This document shows positions 28,075 through 37,577 of a DNA stretch of 64,000 nucleotides, piece by piece. The position numbers and the translations under genes are program-made. The stretch spans positions 64,001 to 128,000 of the forward strand of contig JBNGBT010000004.1 in assembly GCA_049903315.1 (NCBI GenBank), given 5' to 3'. Each line of letters opens with the position of its first letter. Within the stretch, counting starts at the first letter, position 1. This DNA comes from Candidatus Cloacimonadota bacterium. GTDB lineage: Bacteria > Cloacimonadota > Cloacimonadia > JGIOTU-2. The notes below the pieces were generated by a model. It saw nothing but the letters and a program-made list of their open reading frames with translations. It ran no database searches and was not told the DNA's origin.

Positions 28075-30396
28075 ATGAAAAAGAAGATCATATTCATATT
28101 TCTGATAATTATATTATGCACAGGTAGTCTTTTTGGTGCAGAAAAATCACGTCCATCGATTGGGGTGGTATTGAGTGGCGGCGGTGCGAGGGGAATTGCC
28201 CATATAGGTGTGCTGAGGGCTTTGGAAGAATATAATATTCCGATAGATTTTATCGGGGGAACAAGTTTTGGCGCGCTAGTCGCAGTTTTCTATGCGTCAG
28301 GATATTCTGTCCAAGAAATGCAGGAGATCATTGAAAACACAGAATGGAATATTGCAACTAATCCAGACAGGCAGCAGTATTATTATTATTCAAGAAGGAT
28401 CAATGAAGCGAATGTGCTGAGAGTGCGATTCGAGGACTGGGAACTTAAATTTCCGAATTCTCTCGGCAATACACAGAAGATCGTCAGCCAGCTCGATTAT
28501 TATTTTACAAGAGCAAATTATCTATGCAGGAATAATTTTCTGAAGCTGAAAACTCCACTCTTTATTTCGACAACAAATATAAAAAACGGAGAGAATCACA
28601 TCTTCACTAAAGGGGAACTTCCCCAGGTTGTTCAGGCAAGCATGACAGTACCTTTCCTGCTGTCTCCTACTTTGATTGATTCGACATTCTATGTGGATGG
28701 AGGAATAACAAACAACCTTCCTATCAGCAGTATGCGTGATATGGGAGCTGATATTATTATCGCTTCAAATGCCACAAATTACCTGGCTACGGATACAGAC
28801 CTCACCAATATTTCGAGTTTTACAAACCAGCTTATCAACATCATGATGTTCTCAAAGATCAAAGATGAACTCACACAGGCAGACATCATCATCAGACCGT
28901 CTACGAAGCACATAAAGAATACTGAATTCTCGCGATTCAAGGAATTACTCACTCTCGGTTACTATGAAACATATTCTCATATCGACTCTATCTTGAGTAT
29001 CGTAAAACCGGATACAGTATATTTTGATGGTAAAAAATCACTCAACAGGATAGAGGGCAGGAAGATAATTATTCATGGCAATTCCTTATTCTCGGATGAG
29101 GAGCTCCTAAGCCAAAGTATTTTTGATTCTCTGAATTCTATTAACAAACTCAAGGAACATATTGAGGATTACTACATAAAGAAAGGGTATGTGCTCGTAG
29201 AAATTGTAAAAACCAATATCTCATCTGATGTAATTGAGATAGAATTAACTGAGGGAGTGATTGATGATGTGAAGATAATTGGCAATGCTCTTACAGATGA
29301 GAATGTCATTTTACGGGAAGTTAATACCAATCCCGGCGATATGTTCAATATTTTCAGTATTCAAAAAGATATTCAGCGAATCTACGGCACAAATTATTTC
29401 AATCTCGTAGATTTCACAGTAGTACCTCTCAGCAATGGAGCAGTGGATATTGTATTCTGCGTTTCCGAGAAGCCATTTGGTATCATAGAGGCAGGCGCAC
29501 AGTATGCATCCCAACAGGGAGCTTCCGGTTTTGTTTCTGTGGGGCATGATAATTTATTCGGTAAAGGTCATCTCCTACAATGGTATCTTCGATTTGGAGT
29601 TGATCGTAAGTATGGTGTACGTTTTAGTACGGATAGGATTTTTAACTCCAACTGGAACAATCTCCTACATTTATATCTGTATGATGATACAGAGAATCTG
29701 GAAAACAGATATTGGAATTTTCGGCTGGAAAGCGGTTTCTTTGATGACACAAAATTGGGAATGCTCTCGTTCATATTTGATTATCGGACCGCAAACCTGG
29801 AGTTTGAGAAAACCAGTTCCGGTATTGGCTTGCAGATTCTGTTTGATGATTTTGATAATATGCTGTATCCCACGAAAGGTCTTTATCGTAGGGCATCATA
29901 TGTACGCTTTGATAAAGCGCTTGGATCAATGAACAATTTCAGCGAAATTCAATTCGAGAACGGTTTCAGCTTTTCTATTCATAAGAAATGGACTCTTGAG
30001 AATTGGTCTCGATTATACCTTCATGACAGCGAAAGCGGGAATATTCCGGAAAACAGACTCTTTTTCCACAAGCCTGAGGATACATTCTATGGATTCAATT
30101 ACGATGAAGTAAAGGGAGAGGATATTATCTATGCTTCTCTGAAGTTGCGTTATCTTTTACGGGATTTTGCAATAAGCGATCCGCGGAAGCAACTTTTCTG
30201 TGTTGCAAAGATCGGGATAGGGGATTTTGGGAATATCGACTCGATGGAAGATTTTTGGAATATTTTTGATAAGGGAGAGAAAGTTGGGTATTCTGTCGGC
30301 TTGGAAATGACCACAATATTTGGGCCGGTCAAGTTTGCTTATGAGCAGAGCAAGAAGCACAGTTTTTGGAATTTTTCTATAGGATATTCTTTCTAG
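28075..30396 (+). CDS. Patatin-POTRA-Omp85 fusion (PlpD-like, type Vd)
   Basis: Signal peptide; LSGGGARGIAHIG, GTSFG, DGG; POTRA (GN..T...VILRE); C-terminal barrel ending IGYSF. Confidence 0.85.
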   Translation: MKKKIIFIFLIIILCTGSLFGAEKSRPSIGVVLSGGGARGIAHIGVLRALEEYNIPIDFIGGTSFGALVAVFYASGYSVQEMQEIIENTEWNIATNPDRQQYYYYSRRINEANVLRVRFEDWELKFPNSLGNTQKIVSQLDYYFTRANYLCRNNFLKLKTPLFISTTNIKNGENHIFTKGELPQVVQASMTVPFLLSPTLIDSTFYVDGGITNNLPISSMRDMGADIIIASNATNYLATDTDLTNISSFTNQLINIMMFSKIKDELTQADIIIRPSTKHIKNTEFSRFKELLTLGYYETYSHIDSILSIVKPDTVYFDGKKSLNRIEGRKIIIHGNSLFSDEELLSQSIFDSLNSINKLKEHIEDYYIKKGYVLVEIVKTNISSDVIEIELTEGVIDDVKIIGNALTDENVILREVNTNPGDMFNIFSIQKDIQRIYGTNYFNLVDFTVVPLSNGAVDIVFCVSEKPFGIIEAGAQYASQQGASGFVSVGHDNLFGKGHLLQWYLRFGVDRKYGVRFSTDRIFNSNWNNLLHLYLYDDTENLENRYWNFRLESGFFDDTKLGMLSFIFDYRTANLEFEKTSSGIGLQILFDDFDNMLYPTKGLYRRASYVRFDKALGSMNNFSEIQFENGFSFSIHKKWTLENWSRLYLHDSESGNIPENRLFFHKPEDTFYGFNYDEVKGEDIIYASLKLRYLLRDFAISDPRKQLFCVAKIGIGDFGNIDSMEDFWNIFDKGEKVGYSVGLEMTTIFGPVKFAYEQSKKHSFWNFSIGYSF

Positions 30397-31322
30397 TCCT
30401 TCACATCGCTTTCTAATTTATCACTTTTTTTGTTCTTTTGCCGGGAACTATATACGATCATTTCTCCGAGCAGGCCAAGTGAAATAAGCTGCACGCCGAC
30501 AACGATCAGAAGGATACCGAGAAAGAGCAGAGGTCTATTACTCAAACTCATACCAAAGAAAATTTTCTTCACCGCGAGCCATACACTAATTATAAATCCG
30601 ATAAGTGAGATGATCAACCCACTTGCCCCAAAGAGATAGAGAGGGCTTCTGCGATATTTTGTGATCATCGTCACAGTGAGCAGATCGAGGAAACCGCGTA
30701 TAAGACGACTTGCACCATACTTTGATCTTCCAAATTTTCGTTTATGATGAGTGACAACAATTTCAGTAACGGAAAATCCTTTTGACCACACTATAGCAGG
30801 AATATAGCGGTAAAGCTCTCCGTAAATATTGAGGGATTTTGCTGCGTCTCTGCGGTATGCTTTGTAACCGCAATTGTAATCGTGAAGGCGTAAATGGAAG
30901 ACCATAGACGTGATTAGGTTGAAAAATTTAGAGGGCCAGCGTTTCGTGATAGGATCTTTTCTTTTTTTCTTCCACCCGGAAACAAGATCATATCCTTCAT
31001 CGATCTTTTCGATAAAGCGAGGAATCTCTTTCGGGTCATCCTGAAGATCTGCATCCATGGTAAAAATGATCTCACCCTGTGCTTTATCAAATCCTGCTTG
31101 CAATGCTGCTGCTTTCCCAAAGTTTGTACGGAATCTGATTGGCTTGATATTGGCATCTTCTCGAGCGATCTCTTCTATAACAGTATATGAATTATCAGTA
31201 CTGCCATCATCAATAAAAATGATCTCGTACGTTGTGTTTGGAATGTTTTCTATGATCTCTTTGTGTAACACTTTAAGACTTTTTTCTTCATTAAAAACCG
31301 GGATCACAAAGGAAAGTTTCAT
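30393..31322 (-). CDS. GT2 polyprenol-phosphate glycosyltransferase (ArnC/GtrB-like)
   Basis: VIPVFNEE, DDGSTD, NFGKAAAL, DADLQDDP, two C-terminal TM helices. Confidence 0.9.
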   Translation of the reverse strand: MKLSFVIPVFNEEKSLKVLHKEIIENIPNTTYEIIFIDDGSTDNSYTVIEEIAREDANIKPIRFRTNFGKAAALQAGFDKAQGEIIFTMDADLQDDPKEIPRFIEKIDEGYDLVSGWKKKRKDPITKRWPSKFFNLITSMVFHLRLHDYNCGYKAYRRDAAKSLNIYGELYRYIPAIVWSKGFSVTEIVVTHHKRKFGRSKYGASRLIRGFLDLLTVTMITKYRRSPLYLFGASGLIISLIGFIISVWLAVKKIFFGMSLSNRPLLFLGILLIVVGVQLISLGLLGEMIVYSSRQKNKKSDKLESDVKD

Positions 31323-31331
31323 GTTGTCTCC

Positions 31332-31991
31332 TTAAATAAATAAATATATGACAGTCATCGCCAGAGCAGATAGTATCGGAATGCTTATGTTATCATTGAT
31401 GTGAAGATCAACCGATTCAACCACAGCGGCGGTGAGTGCTCCGATAAGGATCATTATAACTGCAAGTTCTGGGTGTGCGCAGTCATAAGAGAATACGCGC
31501 TTAAGAAATAAAAAGTAGCTTAAAAGTCCCCACACAGAACACGCAAGAAAAGCACCGATCAATCCTTCAAGAGATTTTTTTGAGTGTATAAATTTTCTTC
31601 TCCCCATAGAAAGTCCAACGAAAGCTGCAAAAGTATCTCCTATTACCAGATAGGATATAGCAAGGAAAGCAATCTCTCTTGAAAAAACTGCAATTATCAC
31701 AACAGAAGCCGTGAGGAGGTATGACCCGCCGGTAAGCCTACTTACTTCAGAATCTCTGAGGTGAGAACCGAAAAGTTTCAGGAATTTGTGCCGATATTTT
31801 GGATTCTCAATTCTCGCAGAATCCCAGACCACTGATCCGATGGCAAAGGGCAGGAGTATTGCGATAGCAATGAGCTGGTTCTTAATCACAAAGTAATAGA
31901 GGACAGGAATAATGATCGCAAAGAGATGCGTGAGTTTCCTGTAAATTTCAATGTGACTAATTGGTTTGATTTCTGTTACCATCGTGTTCAT
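31332..31991 (-). CDS. CTP-dependent polyprenol/DAG kinase family (SEC59/DGK1/VTE5)
   Basis: EIYRKLTH, GDTFAAFVG..GR, KKSLEG, NDNISIP; multiple TM segments. Confidence 0.82.
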   Translation of the reverse strand: MNTMVTEIKPISHIEIYRKLTHLFAIIIPVLYYFVIKNQLIAIAILLPFAIGSVVWDSARIENPKYRHKFLKLFGSHLRDSEVSRLTGGSYLLTASVVIIAVFSREIAFLAISYLVIGDTFAAFVGLSMGRRKFIHSKKSLEGLIGAFLACSVWGLLSYFLFLKRVFSYDCAHPELAVIMILIGALTAAVVESVDLHINDNISIPILSALAMTVIYLFI

Positions 31992-32076
31992 CTCGTAAAA
32001 GGATAATTATTTGTCAAATATTTAAAATTGGGATACCTAACAAATGAAGTTATCTTATTCAAGAAATTACTTTATT

Positions 32077-32877
32077 TTATTCAGCAAGGATTGAATAGAA
32101 ATATTTTTTTGCTTTCATGATAGCGGTTTTAATATCATGACCCAGAGCAATGAATGCAGTTATCGCAGTTGAGATCAGGCAACCGGTACCGTGAATGCGT
32201 GATAAATGTGCATTCGGATTGGGAAAAACATCTATGTCAGTTCCTTTAATAAGATAATCTGTGATAATGTTTTTATCTTTAAGATGACCACCTTTGGCGA
32301 AGATATATGCATCATATTTTTTGGAAAGGAGTTTACTTGCTTTTATTAGTGCTGTTTCATTTGAGATAGTAATTTCACTCAATGATTCGAGTTCAGGAAC
32401 ATTTGGAGTGATAATGTCAGCAACTTTAAGGAATTTATTCTTCATATACAGGTAATTTTCTTTCTCGAGAAAGGAGTATTCGTCACTTGCTTTCATAATA
32501 GGATCGATCAGGATATTTTTTACTTCATGTTTTCTCAAATAATATGAAACGCATTCCATGATTTCTTTATTGAACACAAGTCCGATCTTCACAGAGGAAA
32601 TAGAATAATTTTCGAGGACTGTTTTCAGTTGAATTGCGACTTGTTCTATGGATAATGCTTTGGAAAAAAATACTTTTTTATCTGTTTGGGCAGTAATTCC
32701 GGTTACTACAGAAAGTCCACTTACTCCAAGATCATGAAACGTTCTGATGTCTCTTTGAATGCCGGCATTACCGGATGTATCACTCGCGGCAATTGTTAAA
32801 CAATAGGGTTTGAAGGTTTGAAAGTTTGAAGGTTTAAAAGTAGGATTGGTGGGCAGTTTGGAGTTTTTTTTTATCAT
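32077..32877 (-). CDS. thiD: Hydroxymethylpyrimidine/phosphomethylpyrimidine kinase
   Basis: LTIAASDTSGNAGIQRD, VKIG, IDPIM, ITPNVPE, KGGH, HGTGC. Confidence 0.88.
   Translation of the reverse strand: MIKKNSKLPTNPTFKPSNFQTFKPYCLTIAASDTSGNAGIQRDIRTFHDLGVSGLSVVTGITAQTDKKVFFSKALSIEQVAIQLKTVLENYSISSVKIGLVFNKEIMECVSYYLRKHEVKNILIDPIMKASDEYSFLEKENYLYMKNKFLKVADIITPNVPELESLSEITISNETALIKASKLLSKKYDAYIFAKGGHLKDKNIITDYLIKGTDIDVFPNPNAHLSRIHGTGCLISTAITAFIALGHDIKTAIMKAKKYFYSILAE
32807..32838. repeat. Octamer tandem array, 4 units, (g/a)gttt(g/a)aa
   Basis: ggtttgaa ggtttgaa agtttgaa ggtttaaa; lies within the thiD 5' end. Confidence 0.85.
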
Positions 32878-32903
32878 AGTGATTTAAGATAATTGATGAG
32901 AGA

Positions 32904-33239
32904 TTAAATTTTGCCCGAGAGTGCTTTGCATATAGAATTATATGAGTCAAATTCTTCTTCGGGGATATAGCCAATTCTGTGAGAAATGTAAAGCTGAGAT
33001 CTGAGTTCGCCGCAAGAACCTTTTGAAAAGTATAAGAATCTGATAAACTCTTTTTTTGTCTTTCTCTCGAAACCTTCTGCAATATTGGATGATATTGAGA
33101 GTGAACTTCTTCTCATTTGGTCCTTCAACGCAAAATCGTATTTGAATTTATCAGAGTTTGTGATTTGATACATTTCAACTGCAAGTTCTACAGCTTCTTT
33201 CCAGGTATCAATTTCCTCAATACACTTAAAAGTACTCAT
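32904..33239 (-). CDS. Four-helix-bundle protein (23S rRNA IVP / TIGR02436-like), probably cut 10 codons short by a TAA
   Basis: AGGTGG RBS; DFALKDQMRRSSLSISSNIAEGFER..KEFIRFL..SKGSCGELRSQL; the frame continues after TAA as SLINYLKSL* to 32874. Confidence 0.88.
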   Translation of the reverse strand: MSTFKCIEEIDTWKEAVELAVEMYQITNSDKFKYDFALKDQMRRSSLSISSNIAEGFERKTKKEFIRFLYFSKGSCGELRSQLYISHRIGYIPEEEFDSYNSICKALSGKI

Positions 33240-33258
33240 TTTTACCACCTTTCTTATA

Positions 33259-33306
33259 TTTAACTTTTCAAACATTTAAACATTTAAACTTTCAAACTTT
33301 CTAACT
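33259..33306. repeat. Octamer tandem array, 5-6 units, reverse complement of the 32807 array
   Basis: tttaactt ttcaaaca tttaaaca tttaaact ttcaaact ttctaact; overlaps the thiC stop codon. Confidence 0.85.
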
Positions 33307-34569
33307 CTTAAAGGTCTTTATCGCACATAATTTGCCACACATTGTGCACACATCTTCAGAGAAATCTTCACTTGCTTTGCGCCTTTTCTTCGCAAGGAGG
33401 GGATCAATTGAGATTTCGTATTGTCCTTCCCAATTAAACTCAGAACGATATTTTGAAATCTTATTATCTCTATCCATGCTTCCAGGTAAACCACAAGCAA
33501 TGTCAGCAGAATGGGCAGCTATTTTTGCGGCTATCACGCCTTCGCGCACATCATCTTTAGTAGGAAGGCAAAGATGCTCAGAAGGAGTAACATAACAGAG
33601 GAAATCTGCGCCGTAATAGGCTGCAAGAGTGCCACCTATCGCGCTGGTAATATGATCATACCCAGGAGCAATATCGGTTGTAATTGGTCCAAGTACATAG
33701 AAAGGTGCCCCATGGCAAAGTGATTTCTGCAAACGCACATTTGCTTCGATCTGATGAAGTGGTACATGCCCGGGACCTTCTATCATCGATTGCACATTTG
33801 CTTTCAATGCACGCTGCTGCAATTCCCCAAGAGTAATAAGTTCCTGAAACTGACCTGCATCGCTTGCATCAGCAAGGCATCCGGGTCTCAATCCGTCGCC
33901 AAGACTGAGAGTGACATCATACTTATAAGCGATTTCCAATAATCTGTCATAATATTCATAAAGTGGATTTTCTTTTTTGTGGATTTTCATCCATTTAAGA
34001 AGAAGAGAGCCACCCCTGCTTACCACACCGAGTACACGTGGTTGTTTTTTCATGGCATCAACTGCTTTTTCAGTAATACCGCAATGAACAGTGATATAAT
34101 CTACTCCTTCTTCGCACTGCTTTTCTATAGAATCAAAAAGCTGATCAACAGTCATTTCCGTGATATCATGATCTTTATCGAGAAGTTCTGCTGCAACTTG
34201 GTAGATAGGTACTGTGCCGACCATAATTGGAGATTGATCCAGGATTGCTTTGCGGATTGATGACAGATCTCCTCCTGTAGAGAGATCCATCACACTATCG
34301 GAGCCGTAGGCAACTGCTACTTTGAGCTTTTCCAGCTCCTCCTGCACATCAAAATGATCGGGAGAAGTCCCAATATTCGCATTTATCTTTGTACGGAGTT
34401 TATTCCCAATTCCTACAGGTTGAAATGTTCTTTTAATATTTTTGGGAATAACAATATGACCTGCAGCAATCTCATCCATAAGCCATTCTGCATCGCATTG
34501 TTCATTTTTGGCGACAAGTTGCATGTCCTCAGTAATAATTCCCTTTTTAGCCTGTTCTAATAATGTCAT
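33301..34569 (-). CDS. thiC: Phosphomethylpyrimidine synthase
   Basis: [59 protein letters not shown]. Confidence 0.97.
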   Translation of the reverse strand: MTLLEQAKKGIITEDMQLVAKNEQCDAEWLMDEIAAGHIVIPKNIKRTFQPVGIGNKLRTKINANIGTSPDHFDVQEELEKLKVAVAYGSDSVMDLSTGGDLSSIRKAILDQSPIMVGTVPIYQVAAELLDKDHDITEMTVDQLFDSIEKQCEEGVDYITVHCGITEKAVDAMKKQPRVLGVVSRGGSLLLKWMKIHKKENPLYEYYDRLLEIAYKYDVTLSLGDGLRPGCLADASDAGQFQELITLGELQQRALKANVQSMIEGPGHVPLHQIEANVRLQKSLCHGAPFYVLGPITTDIAPGYDHITSAIGGTLAAYYGADFLCYVTPSEHLCLPTKDDVREGVIAAKIAAHSADIACGLPGSMDRDNKISKYRSEFNWEGQYEISIDPLLAKKRRKASEDFSEDVCTMCGKLCAIKTFKS

Positions 34570-34606
34570 TGTACCTTCTTATTGCAAATTTATAAAAACT
34601 TAATAT

Positions 34607-35416
34607 TTATAAAGAAAAGATTTTTTGCATCCAATCGCACACCTCATCCATTTTAAAGAGTTCATCGAAAAATTTCTGTTTGAATGCAAACGGAGTAAAC
34701 GTCTCTCGTGCAGCTTTTTCCGCTGCTATTTCGTATACTGAAAGGCCTGCAGCACAAGCTTTTCCATAATCCTTCTCAATGGCGCAGAAACAGCCGAGGA
34801 CAGATGCAGCCATACAGCCGGTACCAACGATCTGTCCCATTAGAGGATGTCCATTTTTGATAACATATACATCATCTTTCCACACAACAATATCCTCAGG
34901 AGCCGTGATGACGACCGCCGCTTTTTTGTCTTTTGCTAATTTATTGGCTACTTTCACGAGATCGAGCTGTGCGTCAACTGCTTCGACTCCTCGTGTAATA
35001 ACATCTTCGCCAGCGAGTTTTCCAATCTCAGAAGCATTTCCTTTGATAATATCTATGGAGCATTCGTCGAGGAGTTCAAACGCTTTTTTGTTCCGAAATG
35101 TGGTTGCTCCGACACCGACAGCATCGAGTACAACAGGAATTCCTTTTCCATTTGCTGCTTTAGCTGCGATCTTCATAGACTCGACTAATTCCGTGGTGAG
35201 TGTGCCTATGTTAAGAACCAGTGCGTTCGATAATCTTACCATATCAGCGACTTCTTCCGGAGCGTGTGCCATAATCGGTAAACCGCCTGTGAGTCGTACG
35301 ATGTTTGCACAATCCGCAATCGTTACCCAATTTGTGATATGATGAACTAGTGGATTCGTGTTCCTTATCTTTTGTAAAAGTTTAAAAAGCGGTAAATGGA
35401 GTTCTTTCATGGTCAC
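34607..35416 (-). CDS. thiM: Hydroxyethylthiazole kinase
   Basis: PLVHHITNWV, NIGTL, PVVLDAVGVGAT, KGNASEI, GTGC. Confidence 0.93.
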   Translation of the reverse strand: MTMKELHLPLFKLLQKIRNTNPLVHHITNWVTIADCANIVRLTGGLPIMAHAPEEVADMVRLSNALVLNIGTLTTELVESMKIAAKAANGKGIPVVLDAVGVGATTFRNKKAFELLDECSIDIIKGNASEIGKLAGEDVITRGVEAVDAQLDLVKVANKLAKDKKAAVVITAPEDIVVWKDDVYVIKNGHPLMGQIVGTGCMAASVLGCFCAIEKDYGKACAAGLSVYEIAAEKAARETFTPFAFKQKFFDELFKMDEVCDWMQKIFSL

Positions 35417-35417
35417 C

Positions 35418-36053
35418 TCATTTCTCGTAATATTTCTCTATAAGATACTGTATCTTTTGTATTTCTTTTTCGGGATCACGAGCGGTCAGTATGGCTGAAA
35501 TAATTGCAACACCATGTGCCCCTGTTCCTAGAACACTCTCTAAATTATCCGCACTGATACCTCCAATGGCAACAATTGGGATTGAGGTATTGTCCACGAT
35601 TTCTTTAAGGTTGGTCAGTCCGATAGGAGGTGGGGTATCTGGTTTGGTTTGAGTAACAAATATAGGACCTACCCCGAGGTAATCTGCACCGAGTTTTTCA
35701 GCTTCAATAGATTCTTGCAGCGTCATTGTACTTACACCAATGATTTTATCTGGCATGTGCTTTTTCACTTCGAGATAGTTTTCATCATTCTGTCCTACAT
35801 GTATTCCATCTGCATGAGAGAAAAGAGCGACCTCAGGAATGTCATTAACAATGAAGCAAGTGGAGCTTTGTGATGTGAGTTTTTGCATTCTATGAGCAAT
35901 CTCTTTCATACTTTCCAGCGAAGCATCTTTATCGCGATATTGTATGATTGACACATTGTTCCGAATAGCCATTCGAGTGTATTTTTCAAACTCTCTTGTG
36001 TACATTCCATCAATGATGAAATAAAGTCCCATCTTTTTTGACAACGTTTTCAT
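35418..36053 (-). CDS. thiE: Thiamine-phosphate synthase
   Basis: QYRDK, IVND, DGIHVGQND, DYLGVGPIF.T.TK, VAIGGI. Confidence 0.93.
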   Translation of the reverse strand: MKTLSKKMGLYFIIDGMYTREFEKYTRMAIRNNVSIIQYRDKDASLESMKEIAHRMQKLTSQSSTCFIVNDIPEVALFSHADGIHVGQNDENYLEVKKHMPDKIIGVSTMTLQESIEAEKLGADYLGVGPIFVTQTKPDTPPPIGLTNLKEIVDNTSIPIVAIGGISADNLESVLGTGAHGVAIISAILTARDPEKEIQKIQYLIEKYYEK

Positions 36054-36067
36054 GCAATCCTTTCAAA

Positions 36068-36100
36068 TAAAAAAAACCGGTTCATCAACGATGCCCGGTG
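36068..36100 (-). terminator. Riboswitch expression-platform terminator
   Basis: Minus strand: accgggcatc-gtt-gatgaaccggt hairpin followed by a U run, between the aptamer and thiE. Confidence 0.75.
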
Positions 36101-36103
36101 ACC

Positions 36104-36177
36104 TTTTCCTACGCCAGCATTATCTGGATCAGGTTCGAGGGTATGTTCTCAGCCCACAAGAGCACCCCTGATGAGAG
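36104..36177 (-). ncRNA. TPP riboswitch aptamer
   Basis: Minus strand: caggggtgc..gctgagaacataccctcgaacctgatccagataatgctggcgtaggaa, the canonical TPP core, upstream of the thi operon. Confidence 0.95.
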
Positions 36178-36217
36178 GATAATTTTTTGTTATCCTGTTA
36201 TTATGTCAAATTTATAT

Positions 36218-37402
36218 TTAGAGATAGATCTTTATGAGTTCTTTCACAAGAGACGGTTTATTTCTCACGGCAGTTTTAAAAAGTTGAAAGAGAGTGAGTT
36301 TTTCCTGGGGGATATCATGTAGAAGACCAACAATTTCGTTCAGTTCATCATCAGAGAAATCGAAGAAAACTTGTTTTAACTTGTAATGAACTTTTTGATG
36401 ATTTCCTTTCTCTTTCATCCATTGTCTATGATATTTTTTTAGGAATTTATTTGAGAAATCATCCTTTTTTACTGCTTCTGAAGCGACAGATCCCGCAATA
36501 CTTCCAGCGACAAGAATATTACTTAAGCCGCCACCTGTCACAGGATTCACCTGACGTGCGGCATCACCGACAAGCATCAGGTTATCTTTTGTAATTTCTG
36601 TAAGTGTGTTTGCTGTTGGAACAGCTCCTGCGATAAAAGCAAGGGATCTACTTTTTGGAAAATTTTTCTCGATAAATCCGTCCAGATACTGCAAAGCATT
36701 TTTACCATTGCTTCTGTCCGGTCTAATACCTATACCGACATTTGCAAGGTTTCTTCCCTTAGGAAAAGCCCATACGTAGCCCCCGGGAGCTATTTGATTT
36801 CCAAAATAAAAATGTGTAAGTTCTTCTTCTAAGTCAATATCAGTAAGTAGGTATTGAGCGCCCGGTTCGATATCTTCAAGTTTTAGAGTTGTATTAATTC
36901 CAGCTAATTTACCAATCCTGGATTCCGGACCGTCTGCAGCAATGACAATGTTGGCTTTCACCTGTTTTTCTTCACTAAGATAAGTGAATTTAACTCCTGA
37001 GAGTTTGTCGCCATCAAATAGTAGGTCATGCACATTGGCTTTTGTGAGAATATCTGCTCCATTTTTTACAGCTTGTTCACAAATGAATGCGTCAAACAGA
37101 CGGCGTTCGAGTATATAACCGTCGCCGACAGCTCCGGCATTCATGATACAGGACTGCCCATTTGGCGCATAGAGTTTCGCGCCATCGATCTTTTGCGCTA
37201 CCCAGCGATCATCAGGCTGGAAGAACTTCTCAAGACCTCTTGCAGAGATACCCTCAGCGCAACGAACGGGAATACCAACCTCTCTATCTCTCTCAAGAAT
37301 GAGTACCGAAGCACCATTCTTTGCAGCAAAGAGAGCAGTCATGCTTCCTGCTGGACCGCTGCCTACTACGACGATATCATAAAAGGATTTAAGTTTCATC
37401 AT
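36218..37402 (-). CDS. Geranylgeranyl reductase family flavoprotein (digeranylgeranylglycerophospholipid reductase-like)
   Basis: VVVGSGPAG FAD motif, PVRCAEG, LERRLFD, AADG, APGGYVWAFPKG (PxxYxWxFP), GDAARQVNPVTGGG. Confidence 0.85.
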   Translation of the reverse strand: MMKLKSFYDIVVVGSGPAGSMTALFAAKNGASVLILERDREVGIPVRCAEGISARGLEKFFQPDDRWVAQKIDGAKLYAPNGQSCIMNAGAVGDGYILERRLFDAFICEQAVKNGADILTKANVHDLLFDGDKLSGVKFTYLSEEKQVKANIVIAADGPESRIGKLAGINTTLKLEDIEPGAQYLLTDIDLEEELTHFYFGNQIAPGGYVWAFPKGRNLANVGIGIRPDRSNGKNALQYLDGFIEKNFPKSRSLAFIAGAVPTANTLTEITKDNLMLVGDAARQVNPVTGGGLSNILVAGSIAGSVASEAVKKDDFSNKFLKKYHRQWMKEKGNHQKVHYKLKQVFFDFSDDELNEIVGLLHDIPQEKLTLFQLFKTAVRNKPSLVKELIKIYL

Positions 37403-37574
37403 CCACCTCTTCAATAGCAGAGATGGGACAAACTACAAAACAGTTTGCACATCCAATGCACTTTTCAGGAAGAATTGTCGCCTTCTGTTCACTTATTATA
37501 ATTGCATCCTGCGGACATACAGAAGCGCATGATGCACAGACATCACACAATAAATCAATAACTCTATATTTCAT
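37389..37574 (-). CDS. 2[4Fe-4S] ferredoxin
   Basis: CDVCASCASVCP and CIGCANCFVVCP. Confidence 0.92.
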   Translation of the reverse strand: MKYRVIDLLCDVCASCASVCPQDAIIISEQKATILPEKCIGCANCFVVCPISAIEEVDDET

Positions 37575-37577
37575 AAT

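Noticed and set aside
32904..33239. Diversity-generating retroelement (Avd-like gene)
   Set aside because: No reverse transcriptase and no template/variable repeat pair in the window.
34779..35342. Long antisense ORFs (187 aa here; also 10664-11200 and 52426-52971)
   Set aside because: They lie opposite well-supported genes (thiM, thrS, the hybrid kinase) and carry no motifs; shadow ORFs.
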